A stretch of 44,507 nucleotides of DNA from Leptospirales bacterium (GCA_040326155.1 JBEQLE010000030.1:1-44507); one strand, 5' to 3'; positions 1 to 10,769 are shown, counted from the first letter of the stretch. Translations and numbers: made by a program. Notes: a model not told the origin generated them from the sequence alone.

Positions 1-3000
1 CTTCCAGACTTGGCCTTTGGCGTTATACTCTACCCTGCTTATAGAAACATCGTCGGCGTTTACTTCTGTCTCTTCTCTATAAACTCTGCCGAGTCCGTCG
101 AAGTACCTTCGGCTAATCGACATCTGGTTATCTGCTGATTCATCGTTTGTCTGTACTTCTACAAACTGTTTTGCCCCGTTGACTAACCAGAGGTCGTCGT
201 CGTGGTAGTCGATGCGTTTGAGCCACACTCCGTCGGGGCCAACTTCTTCGGTGAGTCGTCCATAGTTATCGTAGTTTTTTGTAAAAACAGAGCCGTTGTA
301 ATCAGTTTCGGTTTTTACTTTTCCAAATTTAAAATTATAGGTGCGAGTGATCTTCTGCGTCAAAGCATTGGTTATACTTACCGGATACGTATTGTAGTCC
401 AGGTCATAACTTATTGTGGTTGTATTACCCCCGGGGTCTGTCTGGCTAATTAGCAACCCGTAAGTTGTATCATATTCAAATTTCGAAGTAACAGGAGGAC
501 TTCCAGCGTTGGAATAGTTATCTTTTGCGGTAAGTTTATAGCCTGTGTAACCAAACTCTGTATGGGAAACCTGCATTCCCCCTGCATAAGTTTTTTGCCA
601 CAAAGGATGTCCGGCTTTGGCAAAGGTATTGTATTCGTACAAGGAAGATTTTTCACTGATTATATCACCTGTATTTGTTGTAACAACCTGTTTGCTTTGT
701 ATCGGATTGGATTTTCCGTATATTTCGTTGTCGTCATATTGAACGTAAGAGCTGGCTTCTTGTAATGTTACGGTGCCCCCGGTTCCCGGTTCATAACTGC
801 TGGCATGCTCTGCAAACACATTGGAATTTATAGCATTTGACGCGGGTCGTACAACAAACGTTACCACTTCAGGTACTCCATCGTTATTGTTGTCGTTTTC
901 AAATACATTTTTACTTTCAAAGTTTTTTTCTACAAACTGTACAATTGAACCGTCTTCTGCGTAACTTTCACTTTTTTCGGGAGATCCGGCCAGGCGGTAA
1001 TCGTCTAGTCCGTCATTCGACCAGGTTGTTGAAAAAGCCCCCGTCTGTTCGTTTACGGTGGTTACACTCTCAAAACCTGCGTTAGCTGATCGTTCGGGAA
1101 CTCCCACGAGTATTCTTCCGTTGTTATATTCATACCTTGTAGAATAAGAAACTTCACTCATTGAATCGGTTTGGGTGGTACGAACAACTAACTTTCGCGG
1201 TGAGCGGTTTGAAATAATGGATCCACCGTTTGCGGATGGTGTTCCTGGCTCAGCCAGAATTGCTCCGTCAAGATGCGTAGCAGACTCATACTCAATGTCG
1301 CTGACTCCACCAATGCCATTATCGACTTGAATCAACCGGTCAGCCATTACCGTTGTGTTCTGGTTTTTCAGGCTCCATATTTTGATATTGCTTTTAGAAT
1401 CGTAAGCCTGCACCCACTCGGGCATTCCATCGGCGCTAATATCGGCAAACTGTCCATAGTTATATGTAAAGCTATATTCATATCCTGTAATTTGGTTTGT
1501 ATCAGAATCTTTAACCGGTTCATACTGGTGTCGGTTAAAAACTCCAGGGTAAGCAAAAGAGTCATCTCGTTGCCAACCCGATCCGGTGTTTAACCAGGCT
1601 CTTCGAACAGTTTTGTTGGTTCCTGTAGGGTTGTGTCTATAAGCCTCTACCCAGTCAGGCAGACCATCAGAATTCACATCGATTAGCTGCCCATAAACAA
1701 TGGGCTTATTTCGACCATAATCATAATCAATAAGAGCGTTTGGTAATCTATACGAAGAAGCAGCCTTCTTCCACCCTTTTCCACTATTTAGCCAGACGTC
1801 GCGGTGAAGACCACCCTGGGGATTTCTGTAAGATTGAACCCAGTCAACCAGACCGTCCCCGTTTATATCGATGAAACGCCCCTGTGTCATAACTTTTCCA
1901 CCACTATTGGTGCTGTATATAGTCGTTGGTAGTTTATATTTCCCGGAGGTTTTCCACCCTTTTCCGGTATTTATATAGGTTGTTATACGGGTTTTTCCGT
2001 CAAAAGCATTATTTGCTCTAACCCAGTCAGGCAAACCGTCTCCATTTACGTCGGCAAACTGGCCCAGTGGTTGGGCAATACTCTTACCTCGACCATAATC
2101 AAGAATCGGTGTTGGCAAAGCGTAACTTCCCTTGGCTGCCCAGCCCGACGTTGTATTTAAATATGTCACCAGTTTTGTTGTACCACTGATTGGCTTAATA
2201 GCCCTGACCCAATCTACACGAGAGTCTCCGTTTACGTCGATAAAACGGCCCTGCCATTTGGGGTATCTTTTTCCAGAGCTATAGCTGACCATTGCCACTG
2301 GCAGGTCATATTTGGCGGCCCCGGTTCTGGTCCAGCCGGTACCGGTATTTAAATATGTGGCAATGTTACTCCTTCCTTCGGGGGTTGTATAAGCGCGTAC
2401 CCAGTCGGGTAGACCGTCAGCGTTTACATCGACAAATTGTCCTCTTACCATCGGGGCCTCGTGACCACGATTATAGTCTATAATAACATCGGGAAGGTTA
2501 TAGGGCGCTCTTACCCAGCCCGCGACGGTATTTAGCCAGATCGCTTTATAATCAATTCCGTTTTTACCCCGGTAAGCGCGAACCCAGTCGACCCTTCCGT
2601 CGCCGTTTACGTCGACAAACTGTCCGATAGAAATGGGAAACTCAGGATGGCTTCCGTTATAGTACAGAATGTCTGGCATACTTAGAGAAGATTGCTTGCT
2701 CCAGCCGGGAGTAAAATCAGAGTAAGTGAAGGTTTGCCCTGGCAATCCAACAACTTCGTTTGAACCTGCCTCTTCTACTTTTACCAGCAAAGACTTTTTA
2801 CTGGCAAAGCCATATTGGTAGCTAAGCCTGTACTCTCTTATCAGATTGCCGCTGCATCCTAAAAGTCCACTTAAAATTCCACATGAAATATCGGAGTAAA
2901 CGGTGACTCTGTCTAACCGCTGGGCGAGTCTATTTTCTACCCCAAAGGAGTACCCGGACGAAACATCTTCACGGTTTACGTAGTGAAACTCTACTCCATA

Positions 3001-3645
3001 AAGTTTATAGCTTTTATCTGGGTGCGTTGTGTACTCCACCATTTTAGGGTAAGCTACGTTATCTATAATTTCATATGTTAAACGGTATCCATTTTTATAA
3101 ACATCTTCCACACGACTGAGAAGCCATGCATAGGTTTTTCCAGAACTATCTAGCAGTATATGGTCGGCGCCTTCTCCGTAGTAGACTCTGCTGCCATTGG
3201 CTAAAGTTTCTACCCAACAACCCAGACCCCCGTTACAGGTGGAATCAAATGAAATTTCTGAATAATTTTCTCGTTCATAATGGTATACCCCTGGTAATCC
3301 TGCTCGGTCGATCTCTACCAAACGACCACCTGGACCGGCAAATTGTTGAACACCAGCTGAGCGTTCGGAAACTCTATCTGAATAAAATCGGTTGTCTTTT
3401 GTAATCGCCCCACCAAAACCAGAAATGCTCCATCCGGCTCCGGCAATACCGTTTGCTCCATTTGAATTATATACTAAAGAGAGTGAAGGCTGTATCCCGT
3501 TTCTTCCTGGTGGAATTTCGATACCAACCTGTTTCGAAAAAGAGCCATCGGGAGAGACGGAAGCGTTTAATCCAGAGGTCTGAGATAAGACCATTATGAG
3601 AGTTATGACTACAGCAAGGGGAAAAACTTTTAATATATTTCTCAT
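1..3645 (-). CDS. Partial (3' end outside window) secreted SpvB / FG-GAP beta-propeller / RHS-YD repeat protein (TcB/TcC-like toxin shell architecture)
   Basis: Not in the ORF track because there is no stop in the window. Read manually: ATG at 3645 after GAGGAAAGAAGA, 1215 codons with no stop. N-terminus MRNILKVFPLAVVITLIMVLSQTSGLNA (signal peptide), then SpvB-like IEIPPGRNGIQPSLSLVYNSNGANGIAGAGWSISG, seven GxFxDxNGDGxxDWV repeats, then RHS-type motifs such as NYDNYGRLTEE and RRYFDGLGRVYREE. Confidence 0.88.
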   Translation of the reverse strand, partial: MRNILKVFPLAVVITLIMVLSQTSGLNASVSPDGSFSKQVGIEIPPGRNGIQPSLSLVYNSNGANGIAGAGWSISGFGGAITKDNRFYSDRVSERSAGVQQFAGPGGRLVEIDRAGLPGVYHYERENYSEISFDSTCNGGLGCWVETLANGSRVYYGEGADHILLDSSGKTYAWLLSRVEDVYKNGYRLTYEIIDNVAYPKMVEYTTHPDKSYKLYGVEFHYVNREDVSSGYSFGVENRLAQRLDRVTVYSDISCGILSGLLGCSGNLIREYRLSYQYGFASKKSLLVKVEEAGSNEVVGLPGQTFTYSDFTPGWSKQSSLSMPDILYYNGSHPEFPISIGQFVDVNGDGRVDWVRAYRGKNGIDYKAIWLNTVAGWVRAPYNLPDVIIDYNRGHEAPMVRGQFVDVNADGLPDWVRAYTTPEGRSNIATYLNTGTGWTRTGAAKYDLPVAMVSYSSGKRYPKWQGRFIDVNGDSRVDWVRAIKPISGTTKLVTYLNTTSGWAAKGSYALPTPILDYGRGKSIAQPLGQFADVNGDGLPDWVRANNAFDGKTRITTYINTGKGWKTSGKYKLPTTIYSTNSGGKVMTQGRFIDINGDGLVDWVQSYRNPQGGLHRDVWLNSGKGWKKAASSYRLPNALIDYDYGRNKPIVYGQLIDVNSDGLPDWVEAYRHNPTGTNKTVRRAWLNTGSGWQRDDSFAYPGVFNRHQYEPVKDSDTNQITGYEYSFTYNYGQFADISADGMPEWVQAYDSKSNIKIWSLKNQNTTVMADRLIQVDNGIGGVSDIEYESATHLDGAILAEPGTPSANGGSIISNRSPRKLVVRTTQTDSMSEVSYSTRYEYNNGRILVGVPERSANAGFESVTTVNEQTGAFSTTWSNDGLDDYRLAGSPEKSESYAEDGSIVQFVEKNFESKNVFENDNNNDGVPEVVTFVVRPASNAINSNVFAEHASSYEPGTGGTVTLQEASSYVQYDDNEIYGKSNPIQSKQVVTTNTGDIISEKSSLYEYNTFAKAGHPLWQKTYAGGMQVSHTEFGYTGYKLTAKDNYSNAGSPPVTSKFEYDTTYGLLISQTDPGGNTTTISYDLDYNTYPVSITNALTQKITRTYNFKFGKVKTETDYNGSVFTKNYDNYGRLTEEVGPDGVWLKRIDYHDDDLWLVNGAKQFVEVQTNDESADNQMSISRRYFDGLGRVYREETEVNADDVSISRVEYNAKGQVWK
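1400..2630 (-). repeat. Seven ~60-aa FG-GAP/VCBS-like coding repeats
   Basis: FVDVNGDGRVDWV, FVDVNADGLPDWV, FIDVNGDSRVDWV, FADVNGDGLPDWV, FIDINGDGLVDWV, LIDVNSDGLPDWV and FADISADGMPEWV; most are followed by (Y/W)(L/I)N(T/S)xxGW and usually YxLP. Confidence 0.85.
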
Positions 3646-3656
3646 TCTTCTTTCCT

Positions 3657-4598
3657 CTACTGTATTTCGTCAAAAGGACCAAAAGCGATGCGGCTTGCGA
3701 AATTCATAATTTCGCCTGTAGAAATAATTTTCATCAAGATCGTATTTTCTGTATAGTCCAGAAGTTCAAAATCTGTCCATTTCGGGTCAATGACAAAATC
3801 GGTAATGGGTAAAATATTTAGAATATCACATGTCTCGCAGTTCGGATTTACTTCAAGAACTTCGTTATATGTGACATGAATCAGATTCGTTATCGTGTTA
3901 TAGGTATAGGTTCCATTAAAAATATATCGGGGGTCGCTCGAACTTACGTATCGTATGTTCCCGTCTGTATCAAATTGAGCAACGTAAGCATCCGTCCCAT
4001 AAACACCCTGCATGTTATAGGTATTAACAATCTGATCGGTGGCTCCAACCAGGTGTATAACCGGTTTTAAAATATAACGGTCTGGCCCGGGATTATACAC
4101 AATAGAATCGGCAGGAATAAAATCGAGAACCAGAGTAACTGTTGCCCCGGTTTCGATGGTAAAGCAACCGTTAATTTTGAAACCCGAACGCCACTCTGTC
4201 GCGCTGGGGGTCATTAAAGGTTTATTCACCCCACCAATCACAACCGAACTATTTTCAGCAAAGTGTAAACGTATCTGGCAGTACTCTCCGCTCTCGATCT
4301 CCTGGTCAAAAATCAGAAGAGGTCTATCCGGGGTAAGAGTTAAAAGATCAAAACTATAAATATTATTCGAAATAGCGCTCACGTTGCCCGAGGCGTCTAC
4401 AATATCGGTCTGGGTTATTGTTACATTTACTTCTTCTATCGGCCCCGGAAGCGGTGCATCGTGTAGAAAAATCTCTAAATTACCACCGGAACCTGAATCG
4501 CTACTAGAACCGTCTGTACCAGGATCATTCTGGCAAGAAACCCCTGCAAAGAAAAATATTGAAAAACTAAAATATACTATAAGACGAATATGTTTCAT
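3657..4598 (-). CDS. DUF4382-domain lipoprotein
   Basis: Lipobox GVS-C, then LEIFLHDAP...EVNVTI...FDLLTL...GEYCQIRL...VLDF...YILKPVI, which matches DUF4382. Ends 11 bp upstream of the RHS gene. Confidence 0.8.
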   Translation of the reverse strand: MKHIRLIVYFSFSIFFFAGVSCQNDPGTDGSSSDSGSGGNLEIFLHDAPLPGPIEEVNVTITQTDIVDASGNVSAISNNIYSFDLLTLTPDRPLLIFDQEIESGEYCQIRLHFAENSSVVIGGVNKPLMTPSATEWRSGFKINGCFTIETGATVTLVLDFIPADSIVYNPGPDRYILKPVIHLVGATDQIVNTYNMQGVYGTDAYVAQFDTDGNIRYVSSSDPRYIFNGTYTYNTITNLIHVTYNEVLEVNPNCETCDILNILPITDFVIDPKWTDFELLDYTENTILMKIISTGEIMNFASRIAFGPFDEIQ

Positions 4599-4905
4599 TT
4601 ATACCCCTTCGAATTCTTCTGCGTCAGTCGAAACGTATTCATTTCTTTTTATAGATTTATTAAATTTTGACATAATATACTATTCATAACTAAAATGATA
4701 TGCCAGCATGTCAAACATTTTTACCAAAATCGGAAAGAATGTAGCAGAGAAACTCTGTAGTACCTACGAATTAAAAAAATCTCCGCTTTTGTAATGTCGT
4801 TGCAACCCACTGGGTTGGCGATAGACAACCGGGGGGTTGGCGAAGTATATTTGGTTGTCAATGTGAACCCAAAAATTGTTATATCTTTTAAAGGAATATT
4901 ATACA

Positions 4906-5796
4906 ATGAAGCGATATTTTATCTGGGGAATGGGTCTATTAGGAGCGTCTCTGGGGCTTGACCTTAAACGCCGGGGGCATTACGTAAGCGGCTGTGTTCG
5001 TTCCGATAAGAACAGACAAATTTTGAACGATGGTCGTTTTGATGCGATTTTTACCGCAGGCGAAGAATCGATGTGGGACGATATTCTATTGGCCGACGGA
5101 CTTATTATTGGTACTCCGATTGAACAGATATTTGGAATACTGGAGCAATGCTCTGCAAAAGGAATTTCAACCAATACCTGGATAACCGATATGGCCTCAA
5201 CAAAAAGCGACCTTATGAACTGGGTAGATGCGTTTTCAGAGCCCATCGGCTTTGTTGGCTCCCACCCTATGGCTGGTTCCGATTTGAATGGTCCTGAACA
5301 CGCCCGGGAACACTTGTTTCAAAAAGCCACCATATACATTACCCCGTCGATCACTCAGAAAGATGCAGTTACACCGGAAATATACGATAAAATAGTTCAA
5401 GACGTGGAAGACTTCTGGAAATCCATAGAATCTATTCCCTATGTAATTTCACATAAAGCGCACGACAAATGGGCTGCTTATTTAAGCCACGGGCTTCACC
5501 TGGTGTCCTGCATGGTCTCTCACCTGTTGTATGACATACCCGATGTGTTGGAAATGCCAACTCCCCCTGCTGCAGGAAGCTTTCGCGATATTACGCGCGT
5601 GGCCGGTTCAAACCCCGCCCTCTGGGATGGTATTATCGATTCTAATTCAACGGAAGTAACAAACTATCTGGAAAGCCTTGAAAACCTTGTACGAAAATGG
5701 CGTCTGGATCTGATTGATGGTAAACTACCGATACAGGATATATTTAAAAAATCGGGTGAAATACGAAATATAATGATAAATAAAAACGAAAATTAA
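4906..5796 (+). CDS. tyrA: Prephenate/arogenate dehydrogenase
   Basis: GMGLLGASLG Rossmann motif, DMASTK, FVGSHPMAGS, HD...SH, SFRDITRVA. ATG at 4906 follows AAAGGA. Confidence 0.9.
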   Translation: MKRYFIWGMGLLGASLGLDLKRRGHYVSGCVRSDKNRQILNDGRFDAIFTAGEESMWDDILLADGLIIGTPIEQIFGILEQCSAKGISTNTWITDMASTKSDLMNWVDAFSEPIGFVGSHPMAGSDLNGPEHAREHLFQKATIYITPSITQKDAVTPEIYDKIVQDVEDFWKSIESIPYVISHKAHDKWAAYLSHGLHLVSCMVSHLLYDIPDVLEMPTPPAAGSFRDITRVAGSNPALWDGIIDSNSTEVTNYLESLENLVRKWRLDLIDGKLPIQDIFKKSGEIRNIMINKNEN

Positions 5797-5798
5797 AC

Positions 5799-7112
5799 AT
5801 GAGCAATAACAATAAAACTTACCACCGTGTATCGGGAATACTGAATTTTTCCGGTGATAAATCGCTATCTCACCGCGCTGCAATTTTATCTTCCATAGCC
5901 AAGGGTAGTTCGGCCATTGAAAATTTTTTACAAGCCGAAGATACAAAAAATACCATGCTTGCCATGGAGAGTATGGGTGTTCAACGAACCGGAGAATTTA
6001 CGGAAACATTCAAAGTCGACTCCCCCGGCCTGTCCGGCTACAGTCAAAACAGTGCAAACATTGATGTCGGTAATTCCGGCACGGGAGCCCGCCTGTTACT
6101 GGGACTGTTTTCCGGTCTGCCTGACACTTCTGTCACGATTGACGGGGACGACAGCCTGCGGAAAAGACCAATGGGTCGAATTGCTGAACCGCTTGCCCGC
6201 TTTGGCGCACACTTTGAGCCTTCTGATAAATTGCCTATACAGGTTATGGGGAAAAAACTTCTGCCTATTATTCATCATGAAACCCTTGGTTCAGCCCAGG
6301 TAAAATCTGCTCTCATGCTGGCCGCGATAGCCTCCAATGTTCCCCTGCGACTTGAAGAGAGCAAACCCTCCCGAGACCATACTGAAAATATGCTCGAATA
6401 TTGCGGTATCGATATTTTGCGAGAAACCCTCGATACTGGTGGAAATATTATTGAAATGGAACCTCCTTATGAAGTGCAACCGCGCGAATTTAATATCTGG
6501 GGTGATATTTCATCGGCTTCGTTCTTTATAATACTTGGTCTGCTCGCCAAAGAAGGCGAAATACGAGTAAATGATGTACTTTTAAACCCCTTTCGAGATC
6601 GTTTTATAAAAATTCTACGCGAAATGGGCGGTGATCTTGAAGTCATTGAAAAAGAGACCCGGTGCGGAGAAAAAGGGGGCGATATTATAGCGCGACCTTC
6701 CAAACTTGTGGGTATCGCTATTGACCCCAAAGATATACCCGGAATTATTGATGAGCTACCCATTTTGACTATTGCGGGAGTTTTTGCAACGGGTGAATTT
6801 ACCTTTCGCAACGCAAAAGAACTTCGTTTTAAAGAATCTGATAGAATTGCCGTAATGGTAGAAAATCTGAAACGTTGTGGCGTTGCCGTTGAAGAGTTTC
6901 CCGACGGATTAAAAGTATCCGGTGACCCTTCTCGTAAATTAACCGGTGAAGTTGAAACGTTTATGGATCATCGCATTGTTATGTCATTTGAAATTGCCAA
7001 TATTATATCGAGGGCAAACGGAGAAACTCAAGATCTGACAATTAAAGGGCGTGAGTGGGTCTCTACCAGCTTTCCCGATTTTTTTAATAAACTCGATCAG
7101 GTTGTTTTTTAA
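5799..7112 (+). CDS. aroA: 3-phosphoshikimate 1-carboxyvinyltransferase
   Basis: GDKSLSHRA, DVGNSGT, LRKRPMGR, SAQVKSA, SRDHTE, ELRFKESDRI, DHRIVM. Confidence 0.97.
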   Translation: MSNNNKTYHRVSGILNFSGDKSLSHRAAILSSIAKGSSAIENFLQAEDTKNTMLAMESMGVQRTGEFTETFKVDSPGLSGYSQNSANIDVGNSGTGARLLLGLFSGLPDTSVTIDGDDSLRKRPMGRIAEPLARFGAHFEPSDKLPIQVMGKKLLPIIHHETLGSAQVKSALMLAAIASNVPLRLEESKPSRDHTENMLEYCGIDILRETLDTGGNIIEMEPPYEVQPREFNIWGDISSASFFIILGLLAKEGEIRVNDVLLNPFRDRFIKILREMGGDLEVIEKETRCGEKGGDIIARPSKLVGIAIDPKDIPGIIDELPILTIAGVFATGEFTFRNAKELRFKESDRIAVMVENLKRCGVAVEEFPDGLKVSGDPSRKLTGEVETFMDHRIVMSFEIANIISRANGETQDLTIKGREWVSTSFPDFFNKLDQVVF

Positions 7113-7113
7113 T

Positions 7114-7812
7114 ATGAGTTTAACTGACGTTATAACGCTCGATGGTCCCGCAGGTTCGGGAAAATCAACCGTGGCAAAAACTATTTCTGAAACATTGCAC
7201 AGAAGGCAAATTGACTCTGGGGCTATGTACCGGACAATCACCTATTTAGCAATTCAATATGCCAGCTCTACCGCTTCAAAAATTTCTAATATTGTCAATG
7301 ATGACAAGTTTTTCGATTACCTCGAAAAAAATCGCCCTGTAATAGAATTTACCGATAACCAACAGCAAATAAGGGTTCATAAAGAAGATATGGAAAATTA
7401 TATCCGAAAACCGGAAATAACGGAGCAAATTAAATACATTGCTGACAATATTAAAATAAGAAAAACCATAAACTCCTGGATTCAAGAACTTGCGACGAAT
7501 TACCCCGTTATCGCTGATGGACGTGACATGGGTACGGTTGTATTTCCCGACGCTAAATATAAATTCTTCCTTGAAGCGTCCCCTGAAATTCGCGCAGAAA
7601 GACGATTTAACGAATTTATAAGTAAAAACCCTAACATTACGAAAGATGAAGTTCTAAAACAAATTCAAAACAGGGACGCACAAGACATGGCGAGAAAATT
7701 TGGTGGGTTGAAAGCTGCTAATAATGCCATTATCATTGACACCTCGAATCAAGAAATAAAAGCTGTCGTACAATTTATTATTACCAGTATTCGTAAAATC
7801 GATTCAAACTAA
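7114..7812 (+). CDS. cmk: Cytidylate kinase
   Basis: ITLDGPAGSGKST, DSGAMYR, DGRDMGTVVFPDA. The ATG at 7114, just after the aroA stop, is preferred over the track start. Confidence 0.96.
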   Translation: MSLTDVITLDGPAGSGKSTVAKTISETLHRRQIDSGAMYRTITYLAIQYASSTASKISNIVNDDKFFDYLEKNRPVIEFTDNQQQIRVHKEDMENYIRKPEITEQIKYIADNIKIRKTINSWIQELATNYPVIADGRDMGTVVFPDAKYKFFLEASPEIRAERRFNEFISKNPNITKDEVLKQIQNRDAQDMARKFGGLKAANNAIIIDTSNQEIKAVVQFIITSIRKIDSN

Positions 7813-7854
7813 AACTTATACAACTATTAACGATCGTATAAATAAGAGGTATTT

Positions 7855-9576
7855 ATGGCAGCTTCACCGATTTCCTTCCAGGACAGTAACATGACTATGG
7901 AAGAGCTTTTAAACAATAACGACTTATCAGTCACTCCCGTTAAATCTGGAGATATTATCCAGGGTAAAATTATTGGATTTGATTCTGAGCAAGATCGCAA
8001 ATACATCATTGTTTCAATGGGCACTAAGTCTGAAGGGCGAATTTCGCAAGACGAATTCGACCAAAAACCTCAGGTTGGTGATGACATTGAAGCTATTGTT
8101 AAAGCAACTGATAAAGAGACCGGCATTGTGTTTCTCTCACAAAGAGAGCTTGAAATGCGTCGAGGCTGGGAAGTCGTCGAAGAGTCTTTTGATAAGAACC
8201 TACCGATAAGCGGTGTAGTGAAAAGACAGGTACAACGCGGTTACGGTGTTAACGTATGCGGTGTGAATATGTTTTTACCACACTCCCATGTTGGCAGTTT
8301 GCTGAACCCAGGTGAAAGAGGGAAAAAACCTCCTGTTGTTAATAACACTTTTATGTTTCAGATTCTGGAACTTGATCGTAGAAAGAAAACCGGAATTATA
8401 TCAAGAAAAGCATTCCTTGATGGTGAAAATGCTGAAAAATGGGAAGCAGCCATTGAAAAAATTCGCATTGGCGAGATTGTCGACGGCAAAGTGGTTAAAC
8501 ACATCAAAATCGGCGCCTTTGTTGAAGTCATGGGTGTTCTGGGTTTTCTTCATAAAAGTAACATCAGCTGGGAAAGAGACGCTGGAGAAATTTCTGCAAA
8601 ACTACCTGTTGATACTGAACTACAATGTAGAGTTTTAGAAATTGATCCTGAAAATCATAGATTATCTCTGGGCTTAAAACAAATGACTGACGACCCATGG
8701 ACTAACATTGGCGACAAATTCAAGGCTCGTGAAACCGTAGCCGGGACTGTCTCTTTTGTAGCTAACTATGGCGCCTTTATCGATCTAGGTGAAGGAATCG
8801 AGGGTTTACTGCACGTATCCGAAATGAGTTGGACACGTAAGATAAATCACGCTGCTGAAATAATTAAGAAGAACCAGGAAATTCAATGTATGGTTCTTGA
8901 AGTCAACCCGGGCGAAAAACGTATCGCGCTTGGCCTCAAACAATTACACGAAAACCCATGGGATGAAATTCGAGACACCATTAAAGTTGGTGAGCAAATT
9001 GACGGAAAAGTGAAAGATGTAACTCACTTTGGTGTATTTGTTGCAATCTCTTCCGATATCGATGGACTCGTTCGTAAAGAAGACATCAACTGGGATGAGC
9101 CCGCTCCGGACCCGCGAAAGATGTACAAATCAGGGGACGATATTGGGTTTAAAATTATTGAAATTAATCTAGAAGAGCAAAAAATTGGGTGTAGCGTTCG
9201 ACACACCTTGCCTAACCCATATAAAGAGCTACGACAAAGGCACAAACGAGGTTCCATTGTTGACGGTATAATTTCCGGCGTTGTTGAATTTGGTATTTTT
9301 GTACGCTTTGAAGACAGGTACGAAGGCCTGGTTCACAAAAGCGCCATGACCAGAGACGATTCTGACAACATTAAAAAAGTTTACAAAAAGGGCGATAAAA
9401 TTCAAGTTGTTGTGCGCAGTATTGACCCCGAGTCCAGAAAAATTTCTCTCTCTACTCGAGACGTGCAATATGCAATGGAGCGATTGGAAATTGACGCTTA
9501 TATTGATAAAAACGATAAAAACGAAATTCCAACTTCTAACCCTTTTGGAGATTTAAAGTCTGTGGTCATAAAATAG
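7855..9576 (+). CDS. rpsA: 30S ribosomal protein S1
   Basis: Six S1 repeats (YGAFIDLGEGIEGLLHVSEMSW, RIALGLKQ); lies after cmk; SD GAGGT. Confidence 0.96.
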   Translation: MAASPISFQDSNMTMEELLNNNDLSVTPVKSGDIIQGKIIGFDSEQDRKYIIVSMGTKSEGRISQDEFDQKPQVGDDIEAIVKATDKETGIVFLSQRELEMRRGWEVVEESFDKNLPISGVVKRQVQRGYGVNVCGVNMFLPHSHVGSLLNPGERGKKPPVVNNTFMFQILELDRRKKTGIISRKAFLDGENAEKWEAAIEKIRIGEIVDGKVVKHIKIGAFVEVMGVLGFLHKSNISWERDAGEISAKLPVDTELQCRVLEIDPENHRLSLGLKQMTDDPWTNIGDKFKARETVAGTVSFVANYGAFIDLGEGIEGLLHVSEMSWTRKINHAAEIIKKNQEIQCMVLEVNPGEKRIALGLKQLHENPWDEIRDTIKVGEQIDGKVKDVTHFGVFVAISSDIDGLVRKEDINWDEPAPDPRKMYKSGDDIGFKIIEINLEEQKIGCSVRHTLPNPYKELRQRHKRGSIVDGIISGVVEFGIFVRFEDRYEGLVHKSAMTRDDSDNIKKVYKKGDKIQVVVRSIDPESRKISLSTRDVQYAMERLEIDAYIDKNDKNEIPTSNPFGDLKSVVIK

Positions 9577-9667
9577 GTTTGGTAAATTAAATGGAAATTG
9601 ATTGACAAGTGCAGGCAATTCCCTATACCACCTATATAGTAACAAAATGAATTTGGCGGTCAAGTAA

Positions 9668-10012
9668 ATGGATAATATCGAAGTAAAAACTTTAGAAAAT
9701 AACAAAGCAATAGCATACCCTGTTGGTCGACTCGACGTTGCAGTTTCTGCAGAGCTTGAAGAGCAACTTTTACAAGCGGTTGAAACAAATGGTTTAGACG
9801 GTCTAATCTTAAACATGGAGAATGTCGAATATATGTCCTCTTCAGGTTTTCGAGTAGCCATTGCCTTATTAAGAAAATTATCTGACAAAGGTGGCTCTCT
9901 TCGAATTTGTTCCCTGAAACCGGCAGTAAAACGAATTTTTGATGTCATTGAATTAACATCTTTGTTTGAAATCTTTGACTCAGAAGAAGAGGCTGTGGCT
10001 TCGCTTGGCTAA
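9668..10012 (+). CDS. STAS-domain anti-sigma factor antagonist
   Basis: GRLD...LNMENVEYMSSSGFRV...VKRIFDVIELTSLFEIFDSEEEA. Confidence 0.92.
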   Translation: MDNIEVKTLENNKAIAYPVGRLDVAVSAELEEQLLQAVETNGLDGLILNMENVEYMSSSGFRVAIALLRKLSDKGGSLRICSLKPAVKRIFDVIELTSLFEIFDSEEEAVASLG

Positions 10013-10769
10013 AAGCTTAGCTTATTTCGCCATATTATTCTGTCCGGCGGTGTTGCTCTCTAGTTCGAGTAATCCAGATTTTAATTTTTTAACAGGAAAA
10101 TTTGAACCTAAAGAACACACCGAATTTATACAAGTACCGCAATCGAACGGAACCCGAGCCGGGTTATATCTTCAAAAACAAACTCTTGACGCTTTTCTGA
10201 AAATGGCCAATGCGGCCAAAAAAGAACATGTTTCGTTATATGTTCTATCGGCAACGCGCAATTTTAACCAGCAAAAGTCGATCTGGGAAGCGAAGTATCT
10301 TGGCAAACGACGTGTGGGTGGTGAATTACTGCCTGAAGCCTATCCCGACGGACGTTCACGGGCTCTGGTTATATTAAAATACTCTTCCATGCCTGGCACC
10401 AGCCGTCACCATTGGGGCACGGACCTCGATATCTCCTATCTTCACGAAAATGTTGGTCCAATGCTTAGCAACTCCGCGTGGGAACAAGGAGAAGGGCTAA
10501 AAGCATATTACTGGATGCGCAAAAATGCTTATAAATACGGGTTTTGCCAACCTTACCAGGGAACTCCCCGGGAACGTTCAAATGGTTCTTACGAACATGG
10601 CTACCTTGAAGAAAAATGGCACTGGTCCTACTATCCATTAGCCCGCAAGCTTACGGAACAATACTCTAAATACAAAGATTCTATGCAGCCTTCGGGTTTC
10701 GCCGGCAGCGAATTCGGAATAGAGTTCTATCTACAATATGTATTAAATGTTGCCGCTGAATGTAAATAA
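10005..10769 (+). CDS. M15B (VanY-like) D-Ala-D-Ala carboxypeptidase
   Basis: SATRNF, SSMPGTSRHHWGTDLD, EEKWHWSY; signal-like N-terminus. Start is uncertain (TTG at 10005 or 9966). Confidence 0.88.
   Translation: MAKSLAYFAILFCPAVLLSSSSNPDFNFLTGKFEPKEHTEFIQVPQSNGTRAGLYLQKQTLDAFLKMANAAKKEHVSLYVLSATRNFNQQKSIWEAKYLGKRRVGGELLPEAYPDGRSRALVILKYSSMPGTSRHHWGTDLDISYLHENVGPMLSNSAWEQGEGLKAYYWMRKNAYKYGFCQPYQGTPRERSNGSYEHGYLEEKWHWSYYPLARKLTEQYSKYKDSMQPSGFAGSEFGIEFYLQYVLNVAAECK

Noticed and set aside
202..3682. Many short ORFs in the track
   Set aside because: They are antisense or off-frame shadows of the continuous minus-strand SpvB/RHS ORF.
10005..10769. Vancomycin resistance gene vanY
   Set aside because: No vanHAX or vanRS genes are nearby; M15B peptidases are common cell-wall enzymes.
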